The notes beneath the pieces were generated by a model, which was not told where the DNA came from, made no database searches, and was given only the letters and a program-made list of their open reading frames with translations. A stretch of DNA of 64,000 nucleotides from NCBI GenBank assembly GCA_009926305.1, contig RFPC01000002.1, forward strand, positions 1,932 to 65,931, given 5' to 3'. The stretch comes from a bacterium. GTDB lineage: Bacteria; Bdellovibrionota_C; UBA2361; RFPC01. A program made the position numbers and the translations under genes. Position 1 is the first letter of the stretch. Each line of letters opens with the position of its first letter. Shown in pieces: positions 40,045-48,883 of this stretch.

Positions 40045-40092
40045 GGGTCCTGTTGCAAGAGGGTCCTGTTTCAAGAGGGTCCTAGCAACAGA
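40045..40092. repeat. three tandem imperfect 16-bp direct repeats (gggtcctgttgcaaga / gggtcctgtttcaaga / gggtcctagcaacaga)
   Basis: Directly visible in the 317-nt divergent intergenic region between the mutase and carboxyltransferase genes. Candidate operator. Confidence 0.85.
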
Positions 40093-40251
40093 GGCGAGAC
40101 GGGGTTATGATTTCTACCAGCGGAATGAGTCTCTATCTTGTACTCTAACTGTTTCCCTGGTGAAAGAGAGGAGTTTTCGTTTTAAACTCAAATCCGCTCG
40201 GGTACGGTGCCAGAGTGTGGGCTCGGCTAACATCAAGTAGGAACGTGTAGA

Positions 40252-41817
40252 ATGACGAGAGAAACAGAATCCATCTCCCTTCAGGAGCTTCGCAGAAAGG
40301 AGGCCGAGGCACTTCAGGCTGGTGGCACGCAACGGATAGAGCGCCAACATCAGGCAGGAAAGCTGACTGCGCGAGAGCGCATAGATGCGCTTCTTGATCC
40401 TGGTTCCTTTCAAGAATTAGATCAATTCGTCACTCATCGGTGTGGCGCGTTTGGCTTAGACAAAAAGAAAGTGCTCGGTGACGGCGTAATTACGGGTTCG
40501 GGTAAAATCAACGGAAGGAATGTATTTCTTTATGCCCAGGATTTCACTGTATTCGGTGGCTCACTCGCTGGAGCACATGCAAAAAAGATTTGTAAAGTAA
40601 TGGATCTTGCTGTCGAAAATGGGTGTCCGATCATTGGATTGAGCGACTCTGGCGGAGCTCGAATTCAAGAAGGGGTCGAGAGTCTCGCTGGATACGCTGA
40701 TATTTTTTACCGAAACGTTCGCTGTTCGGGAGTAATCCCCCAAATTTCTGTGATCATGGGTCCCTGCGCTGGTGGTGCCGTATATTCTCCCGCAATCACC
40801 GACTTTATTTTCATGGTCGAAAACACGAGCCACATGTTCATTACTGGTCCAGAGGTTATCAAAACCGTGACGCATGAACAGGTTACGAAAGAAGCTCTTG
40901 GAGGAGCAAATACACACGCTGAGAAAAGTGGTGTTGCGCATTTTACCGCTCCGGACGAACAAGAATGCTTGGCGATGGTTACTGAGCTTTTTTCTTATCT
41001 GCCGCAAAATAACATTGATACAGCGCCGAGAGTGCCCTGTGATGATCCTCTTATTCGCGCCGAGACACGGTTAAATCAGATCGTTCCAGAGGATTCAAAT
41101 AAGCCTTACGACATGCGAGAAGTTATTCATGCGGTGTCCGACAATGGAGTCTTTTTTGAAACTCAACCTTTGCACGCTGCTAATATTGTCACTGGGTTTG
41201 TTAGAATAGACGGGTATTCAATTGGTGTAGTGGCCAATCAACCGGCTGTTCTCGCAGGGTGTCTTGATATACAGGCAAGCGCGAAGGCAGCCCGATTTGT
41301 GCGCTTCTGTGATGCGTTTCATATCCCTCTACTGACCTTAGTTGACGTTCCAGGCTTTCTTCCAGGCGTTGCCCAGGAATATGGAGGAATAATAAAACAT
41401 GGAGCAAAGCTTCTTTATGCCTTTGCTGAAGCTACAGTTCCAAAAGTGACTTTGATTACCCGAAAGGCGTACGGCGGTGCCTATGATGTAATGAGTTCAA
41501 AACACCTCCATGCTGATTTTAATTTCGCCTTCCCTACAGCCGAGGTGGCCGTAATGGGGGCTCAAGGAGCTGTTGAGATAATTTTTCGCCAGGAGCTTAG
41601 TGGATTATCCGATAAAGAATATGAAGAAAGGAAAGCTGGCCTGGTAGCTGAATATTCAGAAACATTTCTTAATCCATGGAAAGCAGCAGAGCTTGGTTTC
41701 ATCGATAGAGTAATTGAGCCCGCACGTACTCGTGAAGAACTTGGAAGAGCCTTCCAGATCCTACGGAACAAGCGAGCTTCAGTCCCAACGCGAAAGCATG
41801 GAAATATTCCGTTGTAG
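40252..41817 (+). CDS. acyl-CoA carboxyltransferase subunit (PccB / MmdA / transcarboxylase 12S family)
   Basis: N- and C-terminal carboxyltransferase domains ([18 protein letters not shown]..., [23 protein letters not shown]). 521 aa. Confidence 0.9.
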   Translation: MTRETESISLQELRRKEAEALQAGGTQRIERQHQAGKLTARERIDALLDPGSFQELDQFVTHRCGAFGLDKKKVLGDGVITGSGKINGRNVFLYAQDFTVFGGSLAGAHAKKICKVMDLAVENGCPIIGLSDSGGARIQEGVESLAGYADIFYRNVRCSGVIPQISVIMGPCAGGAVYSPAITDFIFMVENTSHMFITGPEVIKTVTHEQVTKEALGGANTHAEKSGVAHFTAPDEQECLAMVTELFSYLPQNNIDTAPRVPCDDPLIRAETRLNQIVPEDSNKPYDMREVIHAVSDNGVFFETQPLHAANIVTGFVRIDGYSIGVVANQPAVLAGCLDIQASAKAARFVRFCDAFHIPLLTLVDVPGFLPGVAQEYGGIIKHGAKLLYAFAEATVPKVTLITRKAYGGAYDVMSSKHLHADFNFAFPTAEVAVMGAQGAVEIIFRQELSGLSDKEYEERKAGLVAEYSETFLNPWKAAELGFIDRVIEPARTREELGRAFQILRNKRASVPTRKHGNIPL

Positions 41818-41825
41818 TAACCGAA

Positions 41826-42059
41826 GTGAGAGTGAAGATGAAAACTTCCCCAGTTGAAAAATCAACGCCACCAACAAGCTGCGAAGAGCCACGTATTGAA
41901 GGCATCCGCTTCGTGGTCGACAAAAAAGCCTCGCCTCAATCCATCTCAGAAGAAGAGCTTGCTGCTATCGCTGTTCGCCTTTCTCTGCAAGAATCTGCGG
42001 ATACCGAAAGTGAATGGGCGATATGTGGAAGAATTGAATCTATCGGGAGATATAAGTAG
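41826..42059 (+). CDS. small subunit, possibly acyl-CoA carboxylase epsilon-like
   Basis: 77 aa. 'IRFVVDKKASPQSISEEELAAIAVRL' resembles the AccE/PccE motif (V.rG.Pt.EELAA..Avl). Located between the carboxyltransferase and biotin-carrier genes. Confidence 0.3.
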   Translation: MRVKMKTSPVEKSTPPTSCEEPRIEGIRFVVDKKASPQSISEEELAAIAVRLSLQESADTESEWAICGRIESIGRYK

Positions 42060-42511
42060 TGCCGAAAAAGTATCATGTCACCGTAAATGGAAATACGCAT
42101 GAAGTCACTTACCTCAGAAGAGATGCAGAGGCCATCTACTTTTCTATTGGAGGAACAGAGTATGGAGTTGCCATTCATGCCGAGTCTCTTGGAGGTGTAA
42201 GAGTCACTGGGGACGGCTTATCTCCGGCAACTGGAGCAAAACGCTCCTCAAGTGGAGCACCTGCTCAGCTAGCATCAGCACAATCTCATAATCCGATGCA
42301 TATAAACGCACCAATGCCAGGCCTTGTCGTTTCGGTTGCGGTCAAAGAGGGTGATTCAATCGATGCAGGTCAAGAAGTGCTCGTACTTGAGGCAATGAAG
42401 ATGGAGAATGCGGTAGCAGCGAGTAGTAATGGAGTTGTAGAAAAGATTCATGTAAAGGCAGGCGACCAAGTCGAGTCTGGCTCGATATTGATTGAGCTGA
42501 AGAGCAGTTAA
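42059..42511 (+). CDS. biotin carboxyl carrier protein, 1.3S-type (biotinyl domain)
   Basis: 'VLVLEAMKMEN' biotinyl-lysine motif. N-terminal 'KYHVTVNGNTHEVTY' is like the transcarboxylase 1.3S/MmdC N-terminus. GTG start. Confidence 0.85.
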   Translation: MPKKYHVTVNGNTHEVTYLRRDAEAIYFSIGGTEYGVAIHAESLGGVRVTGDGLSPATGAKRSSSGAPAQLASAQSHNPMHINAPMPGLVVSVAVKEGDSIDAGQEVLVLEAMKMENAVAASSNGVVEKIHVKAGDQVESGSILIELKSS

Positions 42512-42556
42512 AAAACGAGTTGGCACTTCTTCTCCCTCAGCGTATACAATTAGGAT

Positions 42557-43648
42557 ATGTCCAAGAGTTCTTGTTTCCGACTGCTTCGTCTCTACAGCGT
42601 ACCCTTCGGAATCCTCATAATATTAGCAGCTCTCTACTCATCCCTTGCTCCGCAACGAGTCATGGCAGAGTCACTAGCTCCTATCGATAGCGTTAGGAGG
42701 TTTTTCTGTGAACCGAGCAAGCGTCGGATTTATCGCTCTAAAGATGAGGTTAGCTACGAAAGGTTACGTCGGAAAAAAGCACGTGAGCGTATAAGAGCCC
42801 TGAGACAGAGAAGAAAGACTGCCTCAACCACAGCCTTACAGGAAAAACTCACGATTCGTATTCGAGGGATACGTCGTTGTCTCAGAGGAGATATTGAAAC
42901 AGCATGTAGTGTGGTCGAAGAATCTACCGAAAGCTCATCCCAGAGAATCATAAACGGACAGATCTGTGATAAGCACGTGTCTCCTATCGTTCCCTTGGAA
43001 CTCCTGAACAACTCCAGCATTGAGGGGATATGTTCGGGAACTATTATACAGAGCTCTCCACTGATAATACTCTCAGCTGCACATTGCTTGAGTCCATCAT
43101 TGTCCACATCGGTAACATCAGTAAAGGCAACTGTTGGCAATGAGATTCATCTGTCATCTGAATTCTCTGCCCATCCTGACCATGTGCCAGGGAGTGTATC
43201 TTCGCTCGGCGACATCGGTATTATTCATTTCTCCTCATCAACTTCTATTCCTTCGATGAAGCCCCTCAGTCTTCAGCAAGCAATCGCAGTTCCAAATCGA
43301 TATATCACGGCAGGATATGGCAATACTACTCCTGGTGTTCCTCCAACTGGCATTGATGGCGAGCTCCGAGCAACTGATATTAGAGTCGTTGATCAATTCG
43401 GTGCATCCGTCGTAGCGAATTCTACCGGAAAGACAGGCGGAATCTGCACAGGAGACTCTGGGGGCCCCCTACTTGTTCAGATGAATAGTGGAGAATGGCG
43501 AATTGCAGGGGTCTCGAGTTATCTTCTCTTCACAAACCCAAATAGCCAGCTTTGTGACACGGACAACACTAATGTGTATGCCTCTGTCACCTATGCGCCC
43601 CACCTCTCATTTATTCAAGAGTCCATTCCTAACTTCGGCCTTGATTAG
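42557..43648 (+). CDS. secreted trypsin-like serine protease (S1 family) with pro-region
   Basis: N-terminal TM/signal. 'IINGQ' mature-N-terminus-like motif, 'LSAAHCL' (His) and 'GDSGGPL' (Ser) catalytic motifs. 363 aa. Confidence 0.85.
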   Translation: MSKSSCFRLLRLYSVPFGILIILAALYSSLAPQRVMAESLAPIDSVRRFFCEPSKRRIYRSKDEVSYERLRRKKARERIRALRQRRKTASTTALQEKLTIRIRGIRRCLRGDIETACSVVEESTESSSQRIINGQICDKHVSPIVPLELLNNSSIEGICSGTIIQSSPLIILSAAHCLSPSLSTSVTSVKATVGNEIHLSSEFSAHPDHVPGSVSSLGDIGIIHFSSSTSIPSMKPLSLQQAIAVPNRYITAGYGNTTPGVPPTGIDGELRATDIRVVDQFGASVVANSTGKTGGICTGDSGGPLLVQMNSGEWRIAGVSSYLLFTNPNSQLCDTDNTNVYASVTYAPHLSFIQESIPNFGLD

Positions 43649-43677
43649 GAGCGGCCTTATCCGACACCAAGCAGCTT

Positions 43678-44184
43678 TCAGACAGCCGGCGGTATTTCTC
43701 CATACAGTTTTACCTTGGTGCCTTTTTTAATCTGGAGTTTTTTAGCCTCACCTCCTAGAACCTCGATAACATACTGGCTCATTCCAGGAACACTACGTTG
43801 CTCTTCGGAAAAAGGGGTAGCATTTTCAACAACACCGAGGACCTCCCAATCTGCTGATACGAATATCATGTCGAGAGGAATATATGTATTCTTCATCCAG
43901 AAAGAATTTTGCCGAGCAGAAGGAAAGAGAAAAATCATTCCCCTTTTCTCTTCTAGACTCTTACGAAACATTAATCCTTTTTCTCTTTGTGATGGCGTAT
44001 TTGCAATTTCGAGATAATATCTCTCTGATTCACTAGTTTCGGAGCTGAAGGTAACGGGCAGTAAGCTGGATTTCTCACGATAGCCAGCATACCAATACAC
44101 ACCACACGCTAGCAGCAGCAAACTGAGAGCTACGACAACGACTTGTGAGTATTGCTGCTTACGCCATTTTTCATTTGAAGGCAT
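43678..44184 (-). CDS. DUF192 family protein
   Basis: Signal anchor plus 'GLMFRKSLEEKRGMIFLF...FWMKNTYIPLDMIF' DUF192 core. 168 aa. Confidence 0.75.
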   Translation of the reverse strand: MPSNEKWRKQQYSQVVVVALSLLLLACGVYWYAGYREKSSLLPVTFSSETSESERYYLEIANTPSQREKGLMFRKSLEEKRGMIFLFPSARQNSFWMKNTYIPLDMIFVSADWEVLGVVENATPFSEEQRSVPGMSQYVIEVLGGEAKKLQIKKGTKVKLYGEIPPAV

Positions 44185-44207
44185 ATTGAACCTCTTCTCG
44201 CCACTTT

Positions 44208-45188
44208 CTACCCAGCTTTTACACCTTTAATTTTCTCAGTCAGATCAGGAACCACTTCATAAAGGTCAGCGACAAGACCAAAGTCAGCTACTTCAAAGAT
44301 TGGGGCTTCGGCATCTTTATTGATCGCTACAATAGTCTTGGAATCTTTCATCCCCGCCAGGTGCTGAATAGCTCCAGATATTCCGATTGCAATATAGAGG
44401 TTAGGAGCAACTATCTTTCCAGTTTGTCCAACTTGCCAGTCATTGGGCGCATAACCAGAATCTACCGCAGCTCGAGAAGCTCCAACCGCTGCCCCAAGAG
44501 CATCGGCCAAGGGATAAATATACTTCTCAAAATTCTCTGATGATTGCATCGCTCGTCCACCACTCACAACAACATCAGCTTCTGTAAGTTCTGGGCGATC
44601 TCCACCTGAGACTTCAAAGTTGATGACCTCTCCCGCTGCAGCCTCACTCTGAGAGAACTCGAGATCAACAACACTGCCGTCTGAACTTCCAGAGGGCTCT
44701 AAAGGAGCGAATGCGGAAACTCGAACGGTTACTAACTTCTTTTCAGAGAGAATCTCAACGTCTGCCAGCACATCACCGGCATACATTGGACGTTTAAGGG
44801 AACCATCTTCATTTACTCGGATGATATCAGAAGCTTGACCCGCCGATATTTGAGCTCCGACACGGGGCATAAAGTCTTTTCCCGTTGAAGTTGCTGCTGC
44901 AACTCCTACCACCGCACTCGCTTTCTCAAACGCATCAACAAAAGCTGCTTTATACGTAACCGCCTGATAGCTTTCGAGGCTGCCATCCTCCGAGAAATAT
45001 GCATTGGTAGTTGAATATTGCAACAGAGACTGCGCAGCTTGCTGCGCACCCTTCCCGAGGGTGACGGTAGAAACAGAAGAAAGTCCCCACCGCTCTTTCA
45101 ACTCATGAGCAGCCTGAAGCGCTACAAGCCCAGACTTCTGTACTACTCCTTCAACTTGCTCAACAAAAACAAGAACTGATCCACTCAT
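44208..45188 (-). CDS. etfA: electron transfer flavoprotein alpha subunit
   Basis: C-terminal FAD-binding 'YIAIGISGAIQHLAGMKDSKTIVAINKD' motif. 326 aa. Confidence 0.9.
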   Translation of the reverse strand: MSGSVLVFVEQVEGVVQKSGLVALQAAHELKERWGLSSVSTVTLGKGAQQAAQSLLQYSTTNAYFSEDGSLESYQAVTYKAAFVDAFEKASAVVGVAAATSTGKDFMPRVGAQISAGQASDIIRVNEDGSLKRPMYAGDVLADVEILSEKKLVTVRVSAFAPLEPSGSSDGSVVDLEFSQSEAAAGEVINFEVSGGDRPELTEADVVVSGGRAMQSSENFEKYIYPLADALGAAVGASRAAVDSGYAPNDWQVGQTGKIVAPNLYIAIGISGAIQHLAGMKDSKTIVAINKDAEAPIFEVADFGLVADLYEVVPDLTEKIKGVKAG

Positions 45189-45217
45189 TATCGCAACCTT
45201 TTTTTCTATCCTTTCGA

Positions 45218-45967
45218 CTAAATTACTTTCGCTTCGTTTTGTAGTGCTGATACCAGTGCAGCAACATCTTCTACTTTTTTACCCGCAGAACGTGCTGGAG
45301 GTGGAGACATCCGCAAAACTTTGACCTGAATCTGCTCATCTACTCCTAAGTCGGCAAAGGTAAACTCATCCAGCGGTTTCTTCTTTGCTTTCATAATGCC
45401 AGGGAGGGATGCATACCGAGGTTCATTGAGTCTGAGATCGGTACTTATAACGCAAGGGGTAGAAACTTTAATGGTCTCTAATCCACCGTCTACTTCACGG
45501 GTAACCGCTACCGTCCCCTCACCGATCTCCACCTTTGAGGCAAAGCAGGCCTGCGGGAGTTCTAGCCGTTCAGCCAAGAGTTGAGCAGTCTGATTGGCGT
45601 CTGAGTCAATGGACTGCTTCCCCATAATGATGAGGCCGTATTCCCCTCTTTTATAGACCTCTGCCAGAACCAGAGAGGCAAGAGAAGAGTCGACAAATCC
45701 ATCGTGCTTCACGAGAACACCCCTATCGGCTCCCATAGCCATGGCATAACGCAATTGAGTAGCGGAGTCCTCTGGTCCAATTCCGACGACTATGACCTCT
45801 TCGGCCGCACCAGAATCCCGAAGCTTAATCGCTTCTTCCACGGCGATCTCGTCAAATGGATTAACAATCCACTTAATGCCGTCCGTAACTATACCGTCTT
45901 GCTCGCTATTTACCTTGATTTTTGCTTCGTAGTCCGGAACTCGCTTCACCGGCACTAGGATTTTCAT
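45218..45967 (-). CDS. etfB: electron transfer flavoprotein beta subunit
   Basis: 'MKILVPVKRVPDYEAKIKV' EtfB N-terminus. 249 aa. Immediately upstream of etfA. Confidence 0.9.
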   Translation of the reverse strand: MKILVPVKRVPDYEAKIKVNSEQDGIVTDGIKWIVNPFDEIAVEEAIKLRDSGAAEEVIVVGIGPEDSATQLRYAMAMGADRGVLVKHDGFVDSSLASLVLAEVYKRGEYGLIIMGKQSIDSDANQTAQLLAERLELPQACFASKVEIGEGTVAVTREVDGGLETIKVSTPCVISTDLRLNEPRYASLPGIMKAKKKPLDEFTFADLGVDEQIQVKVLRMSPPPARSAGKKVEDVAALVSALQNEAKVI

Positions 45968-46233
45968 AAAAACTCCCTTGTATTGCTAGAAACTTAAGAC
46001 ATTCATCTCACATTTGGAGCCAGTTCTGCCAGACAGGTTTCGCTGGAGAGGTGAAAAAGTTCTTATTTTCAAACTACGTTTGTTTACGGCAATTTTCCCC
46101 TCAGATTTTTGGAAACTTCTTTTTACTGAGAGCGATATGTTGTTTATCGAGAACGAGTCCCCCACAAGGGGGCTGCCCTTCCGTTCGAGAAACACCAATC
46201 GAGATAAAAACCAGCTTTGTGGAGGCAAACCAC

Positions 46234-48795
46234 ATGCGAAATAAGGTACATACCACGATCCACGGCTATTCACTGCTTGAGGTTGCACTCAGTCTACCAA
46301 TCCTCCTTGTTCTCATGATTGGTGCCTATGATGCAAATACCGCTTTTCATGGGTATACCGCGCTACGCGAAGGGGTTGAATCCGCGAACCGATGTACATG
46401 GACAACCGAAGGTGGTTGTACAACCTTCAGTACTTCAGAACCATCACCACCATATTTCAACTGGACAGCATTTGTTCCCTCCATGTCCGAATATTATGGA
46501 TACCAATACCAGTACTACGGAACAGAGTACCATTTGCTTCGTCCCCAATTTGAAGTCGGAAACTATCAAGCGTATTCCTTGGGAACACGAAGCTTTGAGT
46601 ACGCCTCCAACCTCCGCCGATTTGCTCAACTTCGTTTTCCAGCCGAAGGAATCAGACCGCGAATTTTTCAGTCCATCTCCCCTCACCTGAACATAGCCAG
46701 AATTCCGGGAGGACGCCCGCAAGTTTCTGCTACGTACATTGGCGGAGGTGGCAATTATTCAAATAATATTCCCTATACACTGAACGGTTCCCCCTCTCTT
46801 CAGTGGAATGGAGCACGCAACGGGACGGTATCGTTTACCCTCGGAGCTCCTTCTGGTCTCGATGAATGTCGAATCTCTGAAAACTTTGATGGAGCTGGTT
46901 CGCACACTCCCAGTACAGCCGACTGCTCCAGTAGCGCTGCATATCGTCCCAACCGCGGATTTGTCTCCCTTGTGGTATACGGAACAGATGCGAACTCTCA
47001 GACTGGCTCAAGTGGACAGATACAGATGCGCATCTCTGGTCCTGGGTTACAAGGGCAAGTGCCACTCGGTGCAAGGGCGTACGGTTACGGAGATGATGCC
47101 AGTTTCTGCCCCCGTGTTCCAAACCTCCCATCACCTAATGCTCCAGGAAGCTCAAGTTACGTCACCACTGATATCGCCACATGCGCTGAATCGATACCGG
47201 GAACCTATGCTGGATTTCGTAGATTGAGATTTGGTGAGACCTACACGCTACACTTCTCTCTCGTGGGTGTCACCGGCGGAGACCTACAATGGAGTTTTGA
47301 CGGACTCGAACTGTTCCTTCCAAGAATATCAGGAGGATGGAATAACTGGCGAGAATGTGTTGGTGGCATACTCCCCAGCGATTATCACAATAGATCCGGT
47401 TGTACCGTTCCGAATGGAAGATTGGCTCCAGAAGTTCGATGGGTCAATCAGGCTTCTCAGCCGAACAACTCAACAGGCCAACAGTCCGTATTCACTCCGC
47501 CAGGAGCTGATACTCCAGCTGGCGAAGCAGCACATCCACTTGAACACCGATTCTCTGCGTCTGAAAAAGATACCATTACCTCGGCTCCATGTTCAGTCAT
47601 CAGCACGTATCTTCCAAATACTTTTTGTGATGATTGGTATGAGATACCTTCAATCCCTATCTCTGGCATGATGACCCAAGCATGTTCTGAAAATCTTGGA
47701 ACCGCTATACATGAGATAGAGGGAGGTTCACTTGAGGAGATAAATCTGGAACTCGCCTTTACGGAGTGCGGTCCGCCGGAAGAGAGTGTTCAGCTTTACA
47801 CGGTAAGCGTTGGGCCTGAAGAAATTGACTACGAATTACAAACCCACCAATTTTCAAATATCCCCTCAATGATTTGGGAGCCTGCCACTTGCAATGATGC
47901 AGAACCACCCATTCCAGCAGAGGTCCTCCAGTATCCGCATCACTCCTACTCTGAGTCATCTTACGGCTACGGCCCACCATTTCACCTAGCCCCAACAATC
48001 GATCCTCGGATCATGATTACAACTCCCGCGTATTCATGCTCTCGTTCGGGAATTCCGTACACCGTTGCCACCGTCTTGTACGACGAACACACAACCTCTC
48101 AGAATTTTTTTCAAGAACTTCACTTTGAGCATGAGGTCGGTTGTGCTGAAGACGAATGGGGGCTGACCGTTAGAGCCAATGCGATAGATGCAGGGATGAA
48201 TCCTCTCGCGTTTATGGAGGCGGGAAAGCTGACCCCAACATTTTCCGTCGGCAGCTCGGTTCAGGGAATTAAAGCGGCAGTCAGTGAGAGTATTTTTAAT
48301 CAATATGCGACTGCAGAGTGTGAAATGGAGATGGTACCGGGTCAGCCCCTACAGCCAGTTGGCTCCCTAGAAGGCTCCTGCCAGAATCCGCTGCACACTC
48401 AACCAGCAACCCTTTGTGAAAATAGCGATGTGGTCTGCATAAGAGAGCTTGCCGGCTTTTGCGGAGCTCAGGGAGATGGTGTATCTCCCTCTGTATCACT
48501 CCTTGAGGCAGAGGCCCAACAACATTTCTTCAGCACACTAAAGCAGATTTATCCGGCGGCTCAATTCGGATGCACGGGGAGTAATTGCGCACAATTCGGA
48601 GCGCCGCAGGGCTATGACCCTAACAATCCCGGGACTCTCTCTCAGTGGGAAGGCACTCTTCAAGTCCCACTTCTTTCTGCAAGGCTCTTGAATTTTTTAA
48701 TCCCTGAAGAGCATGACCTTTTCGGTGCCGGACGGCTTTCTTTCTCTTTGGGAGCAAAAAATGCACGGCGATTTGAAAGAGACTTAATAGACTGA
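46234..48795 (+). CDS. large secreted/pilus-associated protein with TadE-like N-terminal domain (TadG-like?), Cys/Gly/Ser/Thr/Pro/Tyr-rich
   Basis: 'HGYSLLEVALSLPILLVLMIGAYD' TadE-like N-terminal TM. About 850 aa, no other recognisable domain, many Cys. The ORF is open from 46051; Met at 46234 precedes the TM. Confidence 0.5.
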   Translation: MRNKVHTTIHGYSLLEVALSLPILLVLMIGAYDANTAFHGYTALREGVESANRCTWTTEGGCTTFSTSEPSPPYFNWTAFVPSMSEYYGYQYQYYGTEYHLLRPQFEVGNYQAYSLGTRSFEYASNLRRFAQLRFPAEGIRPRIFQSISPHLNIARIPGGRPQVSATYIGGGGNYSNNIPYTLNGSPSLQWNGARNGTVSFTLGAPSGLDECRISENFDGAGSHTPSTADCSSSAAYRPNRGFVSLVVYGTDANSQTGSSGQIQMRISGPGLQGQVPLGARAYGYGDDASFCPRVPNLPSPNAPGSSSYVTTDIATCAESIPGTYAGFRRLRFGETYTLHFSLVGVTGGDLQWSFDGLELFLPRISGGWNNWRECVGGILPSDYHNRSGCTVPNGRLAPEVRWVNQASQPNNSTGQQSVFTPPGADTPAGEAAHPLEHRFSASEKDTITSAPCSVISTYLPNTFCDDWYEIPSIPISGMMTQACSENLGTAIHEIEGGSLEEINLELAFTECGPPEESVQLYTVSVGPEEIDYELQTHQFSNIPSMIWEPATCNDAEPPIPAEVLQYPHHSYSESSYGYGPPFHLAPTIDPRIMITTPAYSCSRSGIPYTVATVLYDEHTTSQNFFQELHFEHEVGCAEDEWGLTVRANAIDAGMNPLAFMEAGKLTPTFSVGSSVQGIKAAVSESIFNQYATAECEMEMVPGQPLQPVGSLEGSCQNPLHTQPATLCENSDVVCIRELAGFCGAQGDGVSPSVSLLEAEAQQHFFSTLKQIYPAAQFGCTGSNCAQFGAPQGYDPNNPGTLSQWEGTLQVPLLSARLLNFLIPEEHDLFGAGRLSFSLGAKNARRFERDLID

Positions 48796-48883
48796 TGACA
48801 TCTTCCACTGAGGTGTGATTAAGACCTGACTTTTTGAGCCTATGGTTTCGATTCACGAAGCCTTGCATACGGTGAAAAGCAGA

